A stretch of DNA of 63,421 nt, counting the filler, from Licmophora abbreviata (lineage: Eukaryota): assembly GCA_900291995.1 (NCBI GenBank). It is 13 parts of 13 records of this genome, joined end to end, with 100 filler letters (N's around TTAATTAATTAA, not from the genome) between each part and the next. Parts side by side here need not be neighbours in the genome. Positions count along the whole stretch, not along the records: positions 1 to 1,808 come from OLMU01004204.1; positions 1,909 to 8,079 come from OLMU01004205.1; positions 8,180 to 12,125 come from OLMU01004207.1; 10 more parts are not named here. One strand, written 5' to 3'. Every line of letters begins with the position of its first letter. Within the stretch, counting starts at the first letter, position 1. The translations under genes were made by a program, and so were the position numbers. This document shows positions 1 to 12,125 of the stretch, one piece after another. The notes beneath the pieces are model-generated. The model did not search any database, was not told the origin of the DNA, and saw nothing but the letters and a program-made list of their open reading frames with translations.

Positions 1-179
1 TCCAACACGGCTTCCAGCTTTCTATCCAACACGGTATCCAACAAGGCTTCAATTTGATCAATAGTCACCATGATGCTTGATTGATACAATGAAGCAAAGT
101 AAACAAGTCAGTCGTATTCTCGTTCTCGTTCTTATGTGGCTTGCTGCTGCTAGGCTCGTAGTGCAGTCCTTCTGTCGTT

Positions 180-830
180 TTGTTCGGGGAAACCGCCCCA
201 TTGGGTCACGTTGTATCGTATGTAGTTCTGCGGGCTGACTTGCAATGTACCAGATTCTACGTATTTCCCGTATGTAGGGCTTCAGTAGGAATTTGGACGG
301 GCGCGAGCTACACACATCTCCCTTCTGGAAGAGCTCGACCATCTCGCAGCGCGCCAAACGCGATGACTTTTCTTTCGAAACGGCCAAGTTCAAAAGTCGA
401 GATTGCAATCTTTTTGCACGAAGAAATCACGAACCTGCTTCGAAAGATGCGAGAGCGAGAGCCACAACGAGTACCCTTCCAGGAACACGACGCCTCAGTT
501 CCCCCAAACGGCGAATACCCAATTTTTGCTCCTGCGGCTAAGGGCGTTGGACATTGCCTATCCTTTTTTGAGGAGACGCTTCCCCGCAACAAGCCCTTTG
601 TGTCAAATTGGAGTCAAATAAGCGACATTGACAAGTTATTGCTGGCGACAACGTTGGTTGCCAGCAGGCCGTCTGGGATTGCGCAGGACGAGAGCAACGA
701 GGACGAGGAATTTCTCAGGACAGTGAGTGACTTGGCTGCATATGCCATGCAGCGGGGACACCAGGCATCACGAAGCAAACCACCCCAAGAGGACATCGGA
801 GACACACGCGTGTCCCATTGTTCAGTTTAA
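180..830 (+). CDS. hypothetical protein (true start uncertain)
   Basis: 216-aa ORF with plausible C-terminal composition; no recognisable motif. Confidence 0.3.
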   Translation: MFGETAPLGHVVSYVVLRADLQCTRFYVFPVCRASVGIWTGASYTHLPSGRARPSRSAPNAMTFLSKRPSSKVEIAIFLHEEITNLLRKMREREPQRVPFQEHDASVPPNGEYPIFAPAAKGVGHCLSFFEETLPRNKPFVSNWSQISDIDKLLLATTLVASRPSGIAQDESNEDEEFLRTVSDLAAYAMQRGHQASRSKPPQEDIGDTRVSHCSV

Positions 831-849
831 TATCATCCAGTATCCAGAG

Positions 850-1477
850 TCAGAAGTTCTCTACGATACGCAGGAGACGCTTTGGCCGTTGGCGGCAATC
901 CATCAGCCTTGGAAGATGTTGTTCGTCGTCAGTAGCCCAAGCTAGTGCAAGAAGCAATTTGCCATAAGCTACGTTCATCTGTTTGCGTGCGCGCGTGGTA
1001 TACTGCTCGGCTGACTCCACCTTATCGTTCCAGATTGCCCTAGCTATTAATGTTGTGCACACGCTACTCTTCCTCATCGACACCAGATTCTCAAACGGCA
1101 ACAAAAATATCCGGGACTTGTTTGGAGTCAAATGGTGCTTTACAGGTGACTTGCGCTTCTTTCTTGAATTGGATTGCTTGGGTCGTCCCTTGTTCTTCAC
1201 AGACAGTAGAGGTGACTCTGGATCATTGTCGTAGACAGCAACGAAAGTGATGGACAAGTCACCTCGATTCATGATCTGTCTGTACCGTCTTGTTCATGGA
1301 AGAGTCATCTCCGATGCAATCGATAAGATTGATCGACTTGAGGGATCTCAATGGTAGTCTCCGTCCAATCGCCGAGTTCTGCCGGAACGATAATGCTTTG
1401 GGGTCGTCCAGGGAGCCCTTCGCTCCTCGGCATTCCGCGTCCAAGGCCAGGATTTGGACTCTCCAGTCGTGGTCCAT
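850..1477 (-). CDS. hypothetical basic protein, possibly two exons
   Basis: ORFs 1259-1477 and 850-1272; NLS-like SRKKRK; splice junction not resolved. Confidence 0.25.
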
Positions 1478-1908
1478 GGTAGTAGGGTGTGAAGGTCAAG
1501 CGAGAGTGAATGAACTAAAAGATGAAAGTGAACAGCGGTCGCGATGCTTGTTCGTCGGTTTTGCCTTAGCCATTTTTTTCGAAGCAACTCACGCGAATGG
1601 CGTGTTCCGAAAATATAAATATGGCGCGCCGCGACGAGCGATGAACGCGAGACCTACTGGCAGACAGACTGCTGACGTCGACTGGGGGGCTGCAGAGGGG
1701 CTCCCTCTCGGCGGAATTTGGAATCTTACGAAACGTTCCATTTTTACCTTTTACGCGTTTGGTATCATACGAGTAGGTCAAGGGTGGGGGAAGTAATCTA
1801 GTCCGACTNNNNNNNNNNNNNNNNNNNNNNNNNNNNNNNNNNNNNNNNNNNNTTAATTAATTAANNNNNNNNNNNNNNNNNNNNNNNNNNNNNNNNNNNN
1901 NNNNNNNN

Positions 1909-2336
1909 AACGAAAAGGACATCTCATCAAAGACAAATCGCAATCTATAGGTTTGAACCAAAAACAGAACGGCCAATGCAGTCACGGGTACGCCCAACAA
2001 AAGTTGAATGTAGGGGATTGTGTCCAACAACACGCCCGCCACCAGAAAGATGCCACCGAGTCGGTAGTCGGGGTCAATGACTCGGTCGGGGAGCGGCGGT
2101 GGTGCTGTCTGTTTTTGCTTTTGTTGAGTAGTCGACTCAAACAAGCTACTCAACTGCTTTGTAATGGCCCCCAGGGGATCATCGCTGCTGGGGTTAGGGC
2201 GCATTGTCATGGACAAGGATGACGGTGACTTATTGGAACTCGTGCAGCGGAAAGGGGTGTGAGGCGCAAAGCCATTCACGTCCGTCGTGCCCATGTAGAG
2301 CAGCGTTGCCATCGTCCATGTACTAAGATGTTTCAT
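1909..2336 (-). CDS. plastid-targeted DUF3119 family membrane protein, 3' truncated by gap
   Basis: MKHLSTWTMATLLYMGTTDVNG-FAP bipartite presequence; DPDYRLGGIFL...LFLVQTYRLRFVFDE resembles cyanobacterial/plastid DUF3119. Confidence 0.7.
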
Positions 2337-2837
2337 GATTGTCCAGAAGGGGTTAGACGAGGAGTTTCTAGCGACGCAGAAGGAAGCCGTCGTGCTCCTC
2401 AATCCTCAAAGCGGCTGTGATTGTTGTTGTTGTTGCCACGCTTTGTGATTTGTGATAGTACCCATGTATCATACCTCGGTAGTGCGCTTAGCGCTTACGT
2501 CAGTGACCTTGTTTTTCTAAAAGCTTTGTCGATTTGGTGGATTGATTCGGCTGGAAAGTTCCAAAACTAAGTCAGAAGTGACAATTCTGAATTTACAAGC
2601 AGCGAATGAATCAATCAATCGAACATTGCTTTGCGGCGAGAGATTGTGTCCTGCCTGCGACCATGATGATTCTGCACCCATGCGGTTGCTAGCTTACGCT
2701 CTGTGGCTCGTCCTTGTGTCTTTATCCTCTTTTTTGGAGTCTCTGGTCTCTCACTCACCAGCGGCAGCAGCGATATCAGTTCCCGGCGGCCTTACTATTA
2801 TTACCTGACCAACCAACGCGACGGAGTACGACGAGCT

Positions 2838-3551
2838 ATGGCATCGACCCGCGATGAAAGTCCCACCACTGCAAATGGCGCTCGACAGAGCGACGACATC
2901 GTCTTCGAGATGTACAAGCCGGTTCATGAAGACCAGATACGTAGACTTTTTCAAGATGGAATCATGTCGTTAGTAAACGACGCCTACCGACACGTCTTGT
3001 TTCGCTCCAAACTGGGGTGGGCGACCCTTGGACTGTCGGGTGCAGTCATGTCAGTCCTCGGCAGGTACCGAAGCGGCAGTGGAATCGCTCCCACAGTCCT
3101 ATCGGCAGGCCTCGTCCCATGTACCGCATTGTACGTGAGACTTTGGTACATTTTTCGGCGCTATACAGTTGGGGCTTTGCAAGACGATCTAGCAAACATT
3201 GATCGCGTCTATTCTTCGAACGATGGTATCTTTTTGGTGGCGAGGTGTCGTAGTACCGACGAGATTGTCGGCATGGTCGGAGGAGAACGCAAGAAAGCCG
3301 ACACGATTGAACTGCGACGCATGTCGGTCAAACAGACGTTTCAAGGGAGACGAATAGGCTCGAGACTGATCCAGGCATTGGTAGACTTTGGCCAGAAAGA
3401 AAAGTGCAACAGACTCTTCTTGACGTGCACTTCTGTCCAGTATGCGGCGCATGCGTTGTATAACAAGAATGGGTTTGAACTGAAGGGAACGTTTCCTGCG
3501 TTTATGGGGAATTCTATCCTTGTGTACCTGCTCGAAAAGAAATTGTACTGA
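2838..3551 (+). CDS. GNAT N-acetyltransferase, NAT8/camello-like
   Basis: Central hydrophobic segment, then IVGMVG, ELRRMSV, acetyl-CoA motif FQGRRIGSRL, AHALYNKNGF. Confidence 0.85.
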   Translation: MASTRDESPTTANGARQSDDIVFEMYKPVHEDQIRRLFQDGIMSLVNDAYRHVLFRSKLGWATLGLSGAVMSVLGRYRSGSGIAPTVLSAGLVPCTALYVRLWYIFRRYTVGALQDDLANIDRVYSSNDGIFLVARCRSTDEIVGMVGGERKKADTIELRRMSVKQTFQGRRIGSRLIQALVDFGQKEKCNRLFLTCTSVQYAAHALYNKNGFELKGTFPAFMGNSILVYLLEKKLY

Positions 3552-3948
3552 TCATTCTCAGAGGTACGTATAGAGAGAGGATAGCAAATAGAGCCCTGAT
3601 CTCCATAAACATACATAGACAAACCACAGGTAGCAAGTGTCTCGTTCAATCGAGTCCATCCTTTACACCCTCTCCACATTTCCTTTTTTAGCAGACAACA
3701 CAGGCATCCATCGAAGCAGGTCTGGCCGTCGTCGTGGCGAACCCAAGTTCCAAACGCGTCGCCGTCTGAGCTTGAAGGTGAGAAAGGCGCGTCAACGAAG
3801 ATGGTGTCAGATCAAGACTGGAAGTGCCATCATCATTCCAAAAGATGACGCCATTATTCTTCGTGTCGTCTGTCAACTCGTCATAGCAGCAGTTCCCTCT
3901 CGCTCCGAAGTGAAGCTCTAGTGGACTACGAGTACATAGAAAGCGGTC

Positions 3949-5092
3949 ATGTCGTCTGTTGAAAAGAAGGAGGATGCTGACTCGTCTGTCCCTGCGAAAG
4001 CAGCAGACCAGCAGCATACCTCCAGTATCAATGAACTTTCATCGGAAGAGGAGAGCTCCCAAGAAGACAGTAGCAGTGGCGCTGTCGTGGTCAGTTCCTC
4101 CTCGGCAGCACTTCGAACTGGAAAAATATCTCGCAACAGCAAACCATCCTTCCTCGCAAACTTCGACTCTTTTCTACAGCACTACGTGGCTTTCACAGCG
4201 ACTGCCGCCCATCAAGAACAATCCTTAAAGCTGCTTCAGTGGACTTTGTGGATGGCAGGATACGTGAAAAAGTCGACGGGACTTCGAAAACTGTACTCGG
4301 ATGTCTCCTGGGCACGCTATGTCTTGCGCGTCTTGGGCTTTCCCGCGTCCTTGGAGGCGGCGCGCAGTGGAAGCTGGGGAACAGGCAAGACTGTTGTTGC
4401 TGCCTCGAGTGATGAGGATGAAACTTGCAGTCGTCAGTGGTGGATATCCAGATTGGGATCGGTCATGGCCTACAGCATGATTGCCTATTATCCTTCTGAA
4501 CACATTGCTTATCTGGGGTGGATGGCACCGAGTGTCTTGCCACATGCTACTGCAAGTAGCCGCTCGACGAAATTGTTGCGCAATGCCAACTTGGTCTCGG
4601 CCTATTCATGTCGATTCTGGTTGGTATACCTGATTGCTGAAATGACGCAGTCGACGTTTAAACTCAAGGCGCTGTTTGAAGAAAAGAGAGTCTTACTGAA
4701 GGACGGAGGAGGAGGAGGGAACTACAGGTTGTGACGAACAGGAGGTGAGTGCTTCATCGACAGCTTCTTTGTGCTGCTATTGCTCTTGGTTCAATTCTTA
4801 CTCCTGTTGTGGTCCTGCTCTCCTTCTCTCTGCCTAAAAGAGCTCAACAAAAGCCTTTTCTTCCTCCTCGTCCCTTGCCACCCTCCAAGATGCTATTCGC
4901 AACCAGCAGCTACAATTGGTCCGTTCGCTGCTGTTTACTCTCCCATGCATTCATTGGTCTCTCCCCAGGTGGGATACGGATCCTTGGTTGAAGGAGAGTG
5001 TCGTGAATGGGCTCATGTGGGTCGAATCCATCGTTTCCATGTATCAGAGCATAACAAACTATCAGAAAAGCGAAAGTAGCAGCAAAATATAA
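3949..5092 (+). CDS. PEX11: PEX11-like peroxisomal membrane protein; intron 4745-4840, apparent 1-nt frameshift near 4700
   Basis: LKLLQWTLW, SWARYVLR.LG, SCRFW; GTGAGT..AAAG intron restores C-terminal LPCIHWSL...VNGLMWVES. Confidence 0.6.
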
Positions 5093-5328
5093 GTGGAGAT
5101 TGGGGGGGATAGATCCTGTTTGGTGTAGTTGGATTTTGCAAACACTGGTCTCTACTTCTAGCTAGTCTAGCGTGCAAGCTATCAGTGTAGTGAGAAGAAG
5201 CTATCTAGACTACCTGAAAGTGCATCGACAAGCCACAGAGACACAACGAAAGTCCATAGACGTGACGGAAGTCGTTCCTTTCACACGTCGATATGATGCA
5301 TGCGTCTGTCGTCGTCACACACTGCGTC

Positions 5329-6327
5329 CTACTTTAGTCGCTCTTCCAGCTGTTTCACATTTTCTTCCATGATGTCCGAACTCTTCTTCAACCCAGCTTG
5401 CACAGAATCCACAGCTTCTTCCATTTGTTTCAACGAAATCTGTGTTTGCTGCAAGACTTGTTCGGTGGAAGTCAATCGACCGTGAAAGGTAGCTGTTTGC
5501 ACATGCAACTGCGCCAATTGCTGCAGTCGCAGTGAAAGTGCAGGTAAATGCTGTGAGACTCCCTCAAGCGACTGCATCTGTTGGTGCAATTCCGCAATGG
5601 TTTGGGATTCTTGTTTGGTGCTACTGCTGGTGCTGCTGCTCATCAGTTTGTTCTTGGCCTTGCTGGCCGCCTCGAGATCACTGCGAATAACCTTGGCGCG
5701 TGTGGCAAAGTCATCGAGGGATTTGTCGTCTACGCGTCGCAACAGCGATTCCATATGGTCCAAGCGTTGGAGCAGAGAAGAGGACAGTGTGGCACCAGTG
5801 GAAGCACCCAAGGCTTTCTCGAGACGAACCAAGCGCTGCTCTAGCAGAGGAGCAGCGGATGATACAGTCTGCGTTTCTTGGGCCACGATTTCATAAGTAG
5901 TTCCATCGGTATCAGTCTTCGTAGTAGTACTCCATGTGCTCATGACTCGTTGCTCGAGTCGTGCTACCAGTGCTGCGGCTTGCTGGGTGACTTCTGCGCT
6001 GCCGCTGTCTGATTCCTTGAGTTCCCTCTCCAGCGTCGCAGCTTGCTGCTGTAGCTGATACAAGCGTAGTTCCGGGGCAATCCTGTCCGAAGTAGTAGTA
6101 GCATATCTTTGCTGCGCTTCTGTGGGACTCAGCAGGCTTTCGCCAGTGTCCAAGATTGTCGTGACGATGTCAGACTGATGCCGTCCTTCCATAGATGACG
6201 CGGTCGTTGTCGCAGCAGGTACACTTGGAACGGGCAGAGGAGCCAAGCCGTCGCTCGAAAAGACAGCTTCTCCTCCGGCTGCGTCGGCAGCGTCTATCGA
6301 GGGAGACGAGCCTTCCTTGCTACTCAT
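5329..6327 (-). CDS. DCTN2: dynactin subunit 2 (dynamitin/p50)-like
   Basis: LEQRLVRLEKALG; LPALSLRLQQLAQLH..TATF; terminal MEENVKQLEERLK coiled coil. Confidence 0.75.
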   Translation of the reverse strand: MSSKEGSSPSIDAADAAGGEAVFSSDGLAPLPVPSVPAATTTASSMEGRHQSDIVTTILDTGESLLSPTEAQQRYATTTSDRIAPELRLYQLQQQAATLERELKESDSGSAEVTQQAAALVARLEQRVMSTWSTTTKTDTDGTTYEIVAQETQTVSSAAPLLEQRLVRLEKALGASTGATLSSSLLQRLDHMESLLRRVDDKSLDDFATRAKVIRSDLEAASKAKNKLMSSSTSSSTKQESQTIAELHQQMQSLEGVSQHLPALSLRLQQLAQLHVQTATFHGRLTSTEQVLQQTQISLKQMEEAVDSVQAGLKKSSDIMEENVKQLEERLK

Positions 6328-6690
6328 TCTTTGGATTATAATTTGCAATTGGTGGCGTGTGCACGACGGTGAGAGGGGCGTTTGCTCAGTAAATGGTCGA
6401 CATGGTCAAAGCACAAACAAAAAACAAAAAAGGCCAACCAAAACAGTCCAAAATTCAGGAGCGAGCTCCAACAAGAGAAAATCATCCCAAATACCTCTCC
6501 CACGACTGACTTTTTCGTGACTCAAAATACATGACTGAATGCGTCATATTCGTGATTGATTTACTTGCCTCAGACTGACGCACTTTGTGTTCGGCGCAAT
6601 CAAATTGCGAACCAAAGATGATGGCCATCACCCATTATCTTCCATGACGGCACAATCCATGTATGATTGAGCAAACGATCGGTTTCAGTG

Positions 6691-8427
6691 ATGAGGGCTA
6701 CGAAGCTCCATTCGATCCTTATTGTGCTACTGTGTTCTGCAGGAGGAACAAGATGGGCAGAGGCAGCTTTTCTGCAAAGTGCCGGCGCTCCTATGGGTGC
6801 TTGCAAAATACGGACAACGACTAATTCGAAAAAGAAAACATCTTCCCTGCATCTATCCACATCCGACTTGGCGCGAGAATGGACTGCTCGCAACAGAGCC
6901 TCGGATGAAAGTGTCTTTCCCTCGTCTGAGTCAGTTTTGGAGCCATCGTTGTCAACCGTTTCTTCATCTGCTGTGCCTGAAGTTTCGCACAAGCCTGTCA
7001 CCTCTTCCTACACAGATCTAGCCCGAGAATGGGCTGCCCGAAACAAGGCTTCGGACTCTATTAGTGCTACAAAGTCAACGACCACTCCCCCACCTACAAA
7101 ACCGCAATTGTCTATATCTGCAACACCTCCCATTGCATCTTCTTCATTCAAATCTGAAGCCTCCGCCTACTCTGATCTTGCCCGAGAATGGGCTGCTCGA
7201 AACAGGGGCTCAGATACTGTCAATGGCGCGAGGCTAACCACCCCCTCCTCCTCAACGACACCCTTGCCGTCACCAGCTACAGCTTCTCCACGGGATTCTC
7301 CTGACACGTCTGCCGCCGCCTCTTTGCCCATGTCAGATTTGGCCCAAGAATGGGCTGCCCGAAACAGTGCCTCGGGCGCAGGGAATTTAGAAACGCCGAC
7401 CGTTTCGTCGTCTGCGAATGACTCGGTGCAAACGTCACCGACTGCTGATGCCAGCGTACCACTCCAGGAGAATGAAGTTTCTGATACTGCGACACAATCG
7501 CTGGATATTCCTGCAATAGTGTCTTCGTATGACAAGGCACTCTGGTTGGATGAACAGACAGGTAGATTCTATGAAGCGCCTCCCTCGGCTATGGCTTACT
7601 CCAGATCAGATCCAAACCCACAAGTGGAACAGATCGGTACTCTCAAGAGGTTTGCTGCCTCTCGTGGGGGTTTCGAAACCCTTCAGAAGCAACTCGAGGA
7701 TCGCAATACGGTTGTGGAGGGTGAAGGCCAATATGCTGTTGCTGATGGTGAACTGGTCGGATCGTCGAGAGGCCCGGACGTAGTCAGTGAAGCGACAAGG
7801 GTGGCCCTCAGCGAGTTGTCGACGAACGATCAATTGAGCGACGAAGAAAGACAGACCTTGATTGCGCAAATTGAGAGAATGACCGAACCCCGCCCCTATC
7901 CCCTTTTCCTGGCCGAAAAAGCCGCCGAGTTTGTTGAATCTTCGGTCAAAGGTTTGTGGAAGCCGTTTAAAGGTCCTAAGAAGTCTCTAGGACATTTGTC
8001 AGGCAGAGGGTCGCGCGGGAAGAAGCGTATCGTCGTCCTGGGCTCCGGATGGGGTGCTGCCGCTTTTCTCAAGGAAATCNNNNNNNNNNNNNNNNNNNNN
8101 NNNNNNNNNNNNNNNNNNNNNNNTTAATTAATTAANNNNNNNNNNNNNNNNNNNNNNNNNNNNNNNNNNNNNNNNNNNNCCAATGATTAAATGCTGATAC
8201 CTCTTTTGCTCTTGCTTTTCTCGATATCCGGCAGTGGCAGGGGCACGGCGCTAGCCCAGGTCGAAACCGCTCCGGAGGTACCCCCAGTGTTAGGTTCTGG
8301 AAAAGTGGGCAACCTTTTGTGGAGAAGCGTCTATCTAAGCAAACAGATCTCGTGGAGGAACCGATTGCTTGTGATAAATGACTGGACCAAAAAGAAGTTG
8401 TTTGGGCGGGACATTACAAGGGTGTAG
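6691..8427 (+). CDS. type II NAD(P)H:quinone oxidoreductase (NDH-2) with plastid presequence and long repeat-bearing N-terminal arm; middle lost in gap
   Basis: KKRIVVLGSGWGA FAD motif before the gap; LLWRSVYLSKQISWRNRLLVINDW..KLFGRDITR C-terminus after the gap; signal peptide ending AEA-AF. Confidence 0.85.
6862..7365 (+). repeat. four coding copies of (S/T)DLA(R/Q)EW(A/T)ARN at 6862-6894, 7012-7044, 7171-7203, 7333-7365
   Basis: Read directly; spaced 50, 53 and 54 aa by S/T/P-rich linkers. Confidence 0.97.
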
Positions 8428-8863
8428 CTTGACGTCACTACTAGCTCTCTACTCTTTCTAAAGAGAACGCCTGTAGGGTAATTATCTCTAGCTGGCTCAT
8501 CCCATCAACTCGTCATTCCGACTTAGGTTCCGCGATACGTCGAGGATCCAGAGTTTAGAGTGTCTTAGCATGGGTTGAAATTCCCCTCACACAACAAACC
8601 TCAACCCAACCCCAGGAAAGAGTGAGGCCGCACTGCGCGTGCCGAATGACACTCGTGACTGTACTGACAAAAACGCGACCCTTGTGGTGAGTCACGAGCG
8701 TCCATCACGTCAACTCTACGACATCAGTCACAGCGTCGGGGCATACTTACCGTTCGACTGCGATGCTGTCCTACTTTCAACTTGTAGAAAAAGCACTTCA
8801 CCTTTCTCGAAACGTATCGAGCCCTTGTTTGCTCGTCTTGACCTGTGTTGTGTGTGGTTCATC

Positions 8864-10417
8864 ATGAAGCTACAGTATTTGGCTGCATCAATCGGCCTCG
8901 TAGTACGCGCGCGAGCGGCCGCAACAGACGAGGTAAGCAAGGCCTGATTGTCACAAGAGATAGACTCTCCTGGGCTCGCGATCTTTATGTCGTATGATAC
9001 CTCATTGTTCTCTTTCATCCCTTCTCAGGCGGAGCCGAAACTTACTTTTGGTCGCTGTCAACCAACCTGTATTGACTTCGCTAGCACTCCCGACGGCAAA
9101 GTACTGGAGCATGGGGAGTACGTCAAAATGGAGTGGTACAAAAAGTACGGACTCGAAATTCACGCAGAATCAACGTACGGAGGCTACACACCGAACGGCA
9201 TGGCACGCATCTTCAATACGACCTTGTATGGGACTGATGATACGGATTTGGGAAGTCCGAACCAGGCGTGTCCATCAGGAGGGCCAGGGGTAGGCGAAGG
9301 TGGCACGCCAAAGAAGCGCGGTGAGAACTGTAGTCCACAGGGAAATATACTCATTATTCAAGAAGAGAACAAGCATCACCGCCCAGATGATAATGCCTAC
9401 GGTGGGACCTTTACATTTACCTTCGATAAGCCAATGGATGAGATTGAACTCGGACTGATGGATCTGGATGGTCCCAGCGCGGCGACTCTGTCTATCGACC
9501 AGGTCAAGGGTGGAAAGCCCATCATTGTGCCGATAAGTGGACTAGGTGACAATTCTATCCAAGAGGAAAAGATCATAGTACCCGATATGAAGGCTGTTAT
9601 GGTCAGCCCGGTCAACTCATGCGGTATCCGGTACATCTGTTTCTGTTCGGAGAAGGAGAACCCTGCGCCGATTCAGATTTTTACACCAAAACGTCCTCCT
9701 CCCTTCGAAGCGTGTCCCTTGACCAAGGAACCTACCAGCAACTTGGAGGAGATCAAGATCGTCATCGAGACCCTCAAATTCAAGGACTTGAACATGCCTC
9801 GCCACGTAACAAACATGATGGAGTTTTTTGAGCTTGTTCGGACCTTTCTGTCAGATGAGGTGAGTCGTGAGACGACGGACCGAGCGCTCGTATATTTGCT
9901 CTGGAAGACACCCGAAAAAAGGGATCCTCTTGCACCTTCCGACCCGGTACCGAGCGGTACGAGGAAGGTACCGACGACTAAGTGTCTAACAGAGCTTGGT
10001 ACGTTGGTGTTGGCTGAAATCACGGCTCTTGGTACTCTCTTCGGCATGGACGGCAAGTCGGCTGAGGTAGCTGGAAAAACCGTTACATGGACACTTTTTG
10101 AAACCATGGACGATCTCGAAGTTAAGGAACTGGTCAAATCTCTTAAAGCGCTGACTAAGACGGACGATGTAGCAGCGCTCATTGTCAAGACGGCATTCCA
10201 TAAGCTTGGTGGGGGTGGGATTCTGCAAGGGATGGGATCGGCTGTACCATGGTGGGATTGGCTGATCATGGGGACGACGATTGCAGCTCAAGTTGTGGCG
10301 GCTGCCGTGTCGAACGGTGTGAGCCTTGTCTCAGAGCTGAACAAGTTTGGTGATGTGGACACTGCTGATGTTGTTAAGGCCGACGCTGCCTGTGTGGGAC
10401 TCTTTGAAACGGATTAG
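8864..10417 (+). CDS. secreted two-domain protein; intron 8933-9028
   Basis: Signal peptide MKLQYLAASIGLVVRARA; Cys/Gly module DLGSPNQAC..GGPGVGEGG..ENC..GNILIIQE..PDDNAYGG; helical hydrophobic C-terminal domain. Confidence 0.75.
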
Positions 10418-10627
10418 GGAAAAGTCGTCCTGGTGGCACTGGAGATTGTCACACCCCCATGCAAGTTCACTACGTCCAGTTCGTGGATGTCTGCTGTCGT
10501 CATGCCACGTTCTATCAACGATCGCACCTGTTGATTTTTACATAAACGCTGTTTATTCTCACCAGAAAATCAACTGTTGCTTTGTTGTGCGCTCTCTGGT
10601 TTACATTCACATGCCATGACTACGTCG

Positions 10628-12125
10628 TTAGATTTTCAGAGGCGCCATTTCCTCGTCTGCTTCTTCAATGGTCCCATAGTCCAGTGACGCGCTCGATAGA
10701 GCTTTCATGTTTGCCACGCTGCTTCCCAACAAGGGCGAAAGCGACGACAATCTTCTATCGCTCATGAACGCAGCTGCTTCGACTTCTTCATCATTAACTT
10801 CAGCCGTCAGACACCACCAGAATCCAAATGGATGAACCATGAACTGACGTGATTCGTCGCCAAACAAACTCAACTCCACGGCACTGTCTAGCCAACTCAT
10901 CAACAGCATGAACAAGGAAAATGATGAGAGACTGAACATCATTTGAATTTCGTTTCGCATAATCGCGACGAGATAACCAGCATTCGCGAAGCACATGCGA
11001 GCCGTGACTCCCACGACCGACAACATGACAATGGTCTGCAGACTATACGCGCCGACAAAGAGAGCTCGTGGCTTGGGGTCCACCGGGACGCGTCTCAGAT
11101 GCATGCTCTTAATGAAAAAGATGCTGGCAATAACAGCCGAGAAGCCACCACAGACAAGCACCTTGGCATTATCGGGTAAAGCTGCGGTGGCTGCCAAATA
11201 ACTATGCGTCAGTAGATTCAAACCGGATCCAAGAACGGTCGTGCTCAACAACAAAAAGAACTGTCCAACATGAAAGAAAAAGCCTGCTATGCGATTGACC
11301 AGAAGCGGGTGATCCTTTGCATTGGTGCTGCTAAAATCATCCACATACAGCAGCTTGATCGTGAAGAGCAAGAAACAAGAGGAACCGAGAAAGGCGTACT
11401 GTTCATAGGTTGGTGCCTCGTACTCGAAGAATGGCGAAGCGACTAAGACGACAGATTGTAACAAGTAACCCAGCAAAAGAATGAATATGACGCCACTTTT
11501 ATCACATGCCGCTGATGATACAAAACATTCGGCAAATAGCAATGAGTCAATGCGCATCAGTCCGAGTTGAGCACACTCACACACGACGCACCATGAAAGT
11601 CATTGGACAGAAAGGATCGCGGCACTCGTAGCGATAGCAGGATACCCGCCAGGAATACTGCCCATCGGTACGGCGACTGTGCGTCAAGTACCCATATGCC
11701 GATGCTCCACGAGATGGCTTCGAGCAATGTCATGACTACCGTAAACACAGCAAAGCTCCGCACATGAGCTTCCACAGTCTCTTGACCTGCAGTTCGATAC
11801 CAGTATGCCACACGCAAATGCAAACAGCAGTGAAGAAGAGCCACAAACATTGCGACCGTCATAATACGAGTGGCATCTTCAGATTCTAACGCTCCCATGG
11901 TACTTAGACTTCCAAACAGGACGGCAAAGCACGTCATGAGAGTAACGAGCTGTGCGGATATATCAGTAGTTTCGAATCGGGTCGAGTAGCTCGTTTCTTT
12001 GGACCAAATCATCCAAAAGACGGCAAAGTACGCAAGTTCCGTCCCATCAAGTCCGTTACGCTCCGCAACTGCCATACCAACGCGAGTGAAGGCAGTAACG
12101 GTTACCAAGTTGAAGAACAAGTCGG
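10628..12125 (-). CDS. LtrA (low temperature requirement A)-like multi-pass membrane protein; intron 11512-11591; N-terminus probably continues at 12226-~12500
   Basis: DLFFNLVTV start-of-domain motif, YSTRFETTD, many TM helices. Confidence 0.65.

Noticed and set aside
1..48. TCCAACA(C/A)GG repeated three times
   Set aside because: Too short and cut by the window edge to interpret
1809..1908. Recurrent TTAATTAATTAA palindrome as a repeat or CRISPR-like array
   Set aside because: Always centred in a fixed 100-nt N block; it is a six-frame-stop assembly spacer
4695..4745. Programmed frameshifting or pseudogenisation in PEX11-like (also GT49 near 16590 and RBBP5-like near 21950)
   Set aside because: Each is repaired by a 1-nt indel in a short homopolymer with coding intact on both sides; a sequencing error is the simpler explanation (check the reads)
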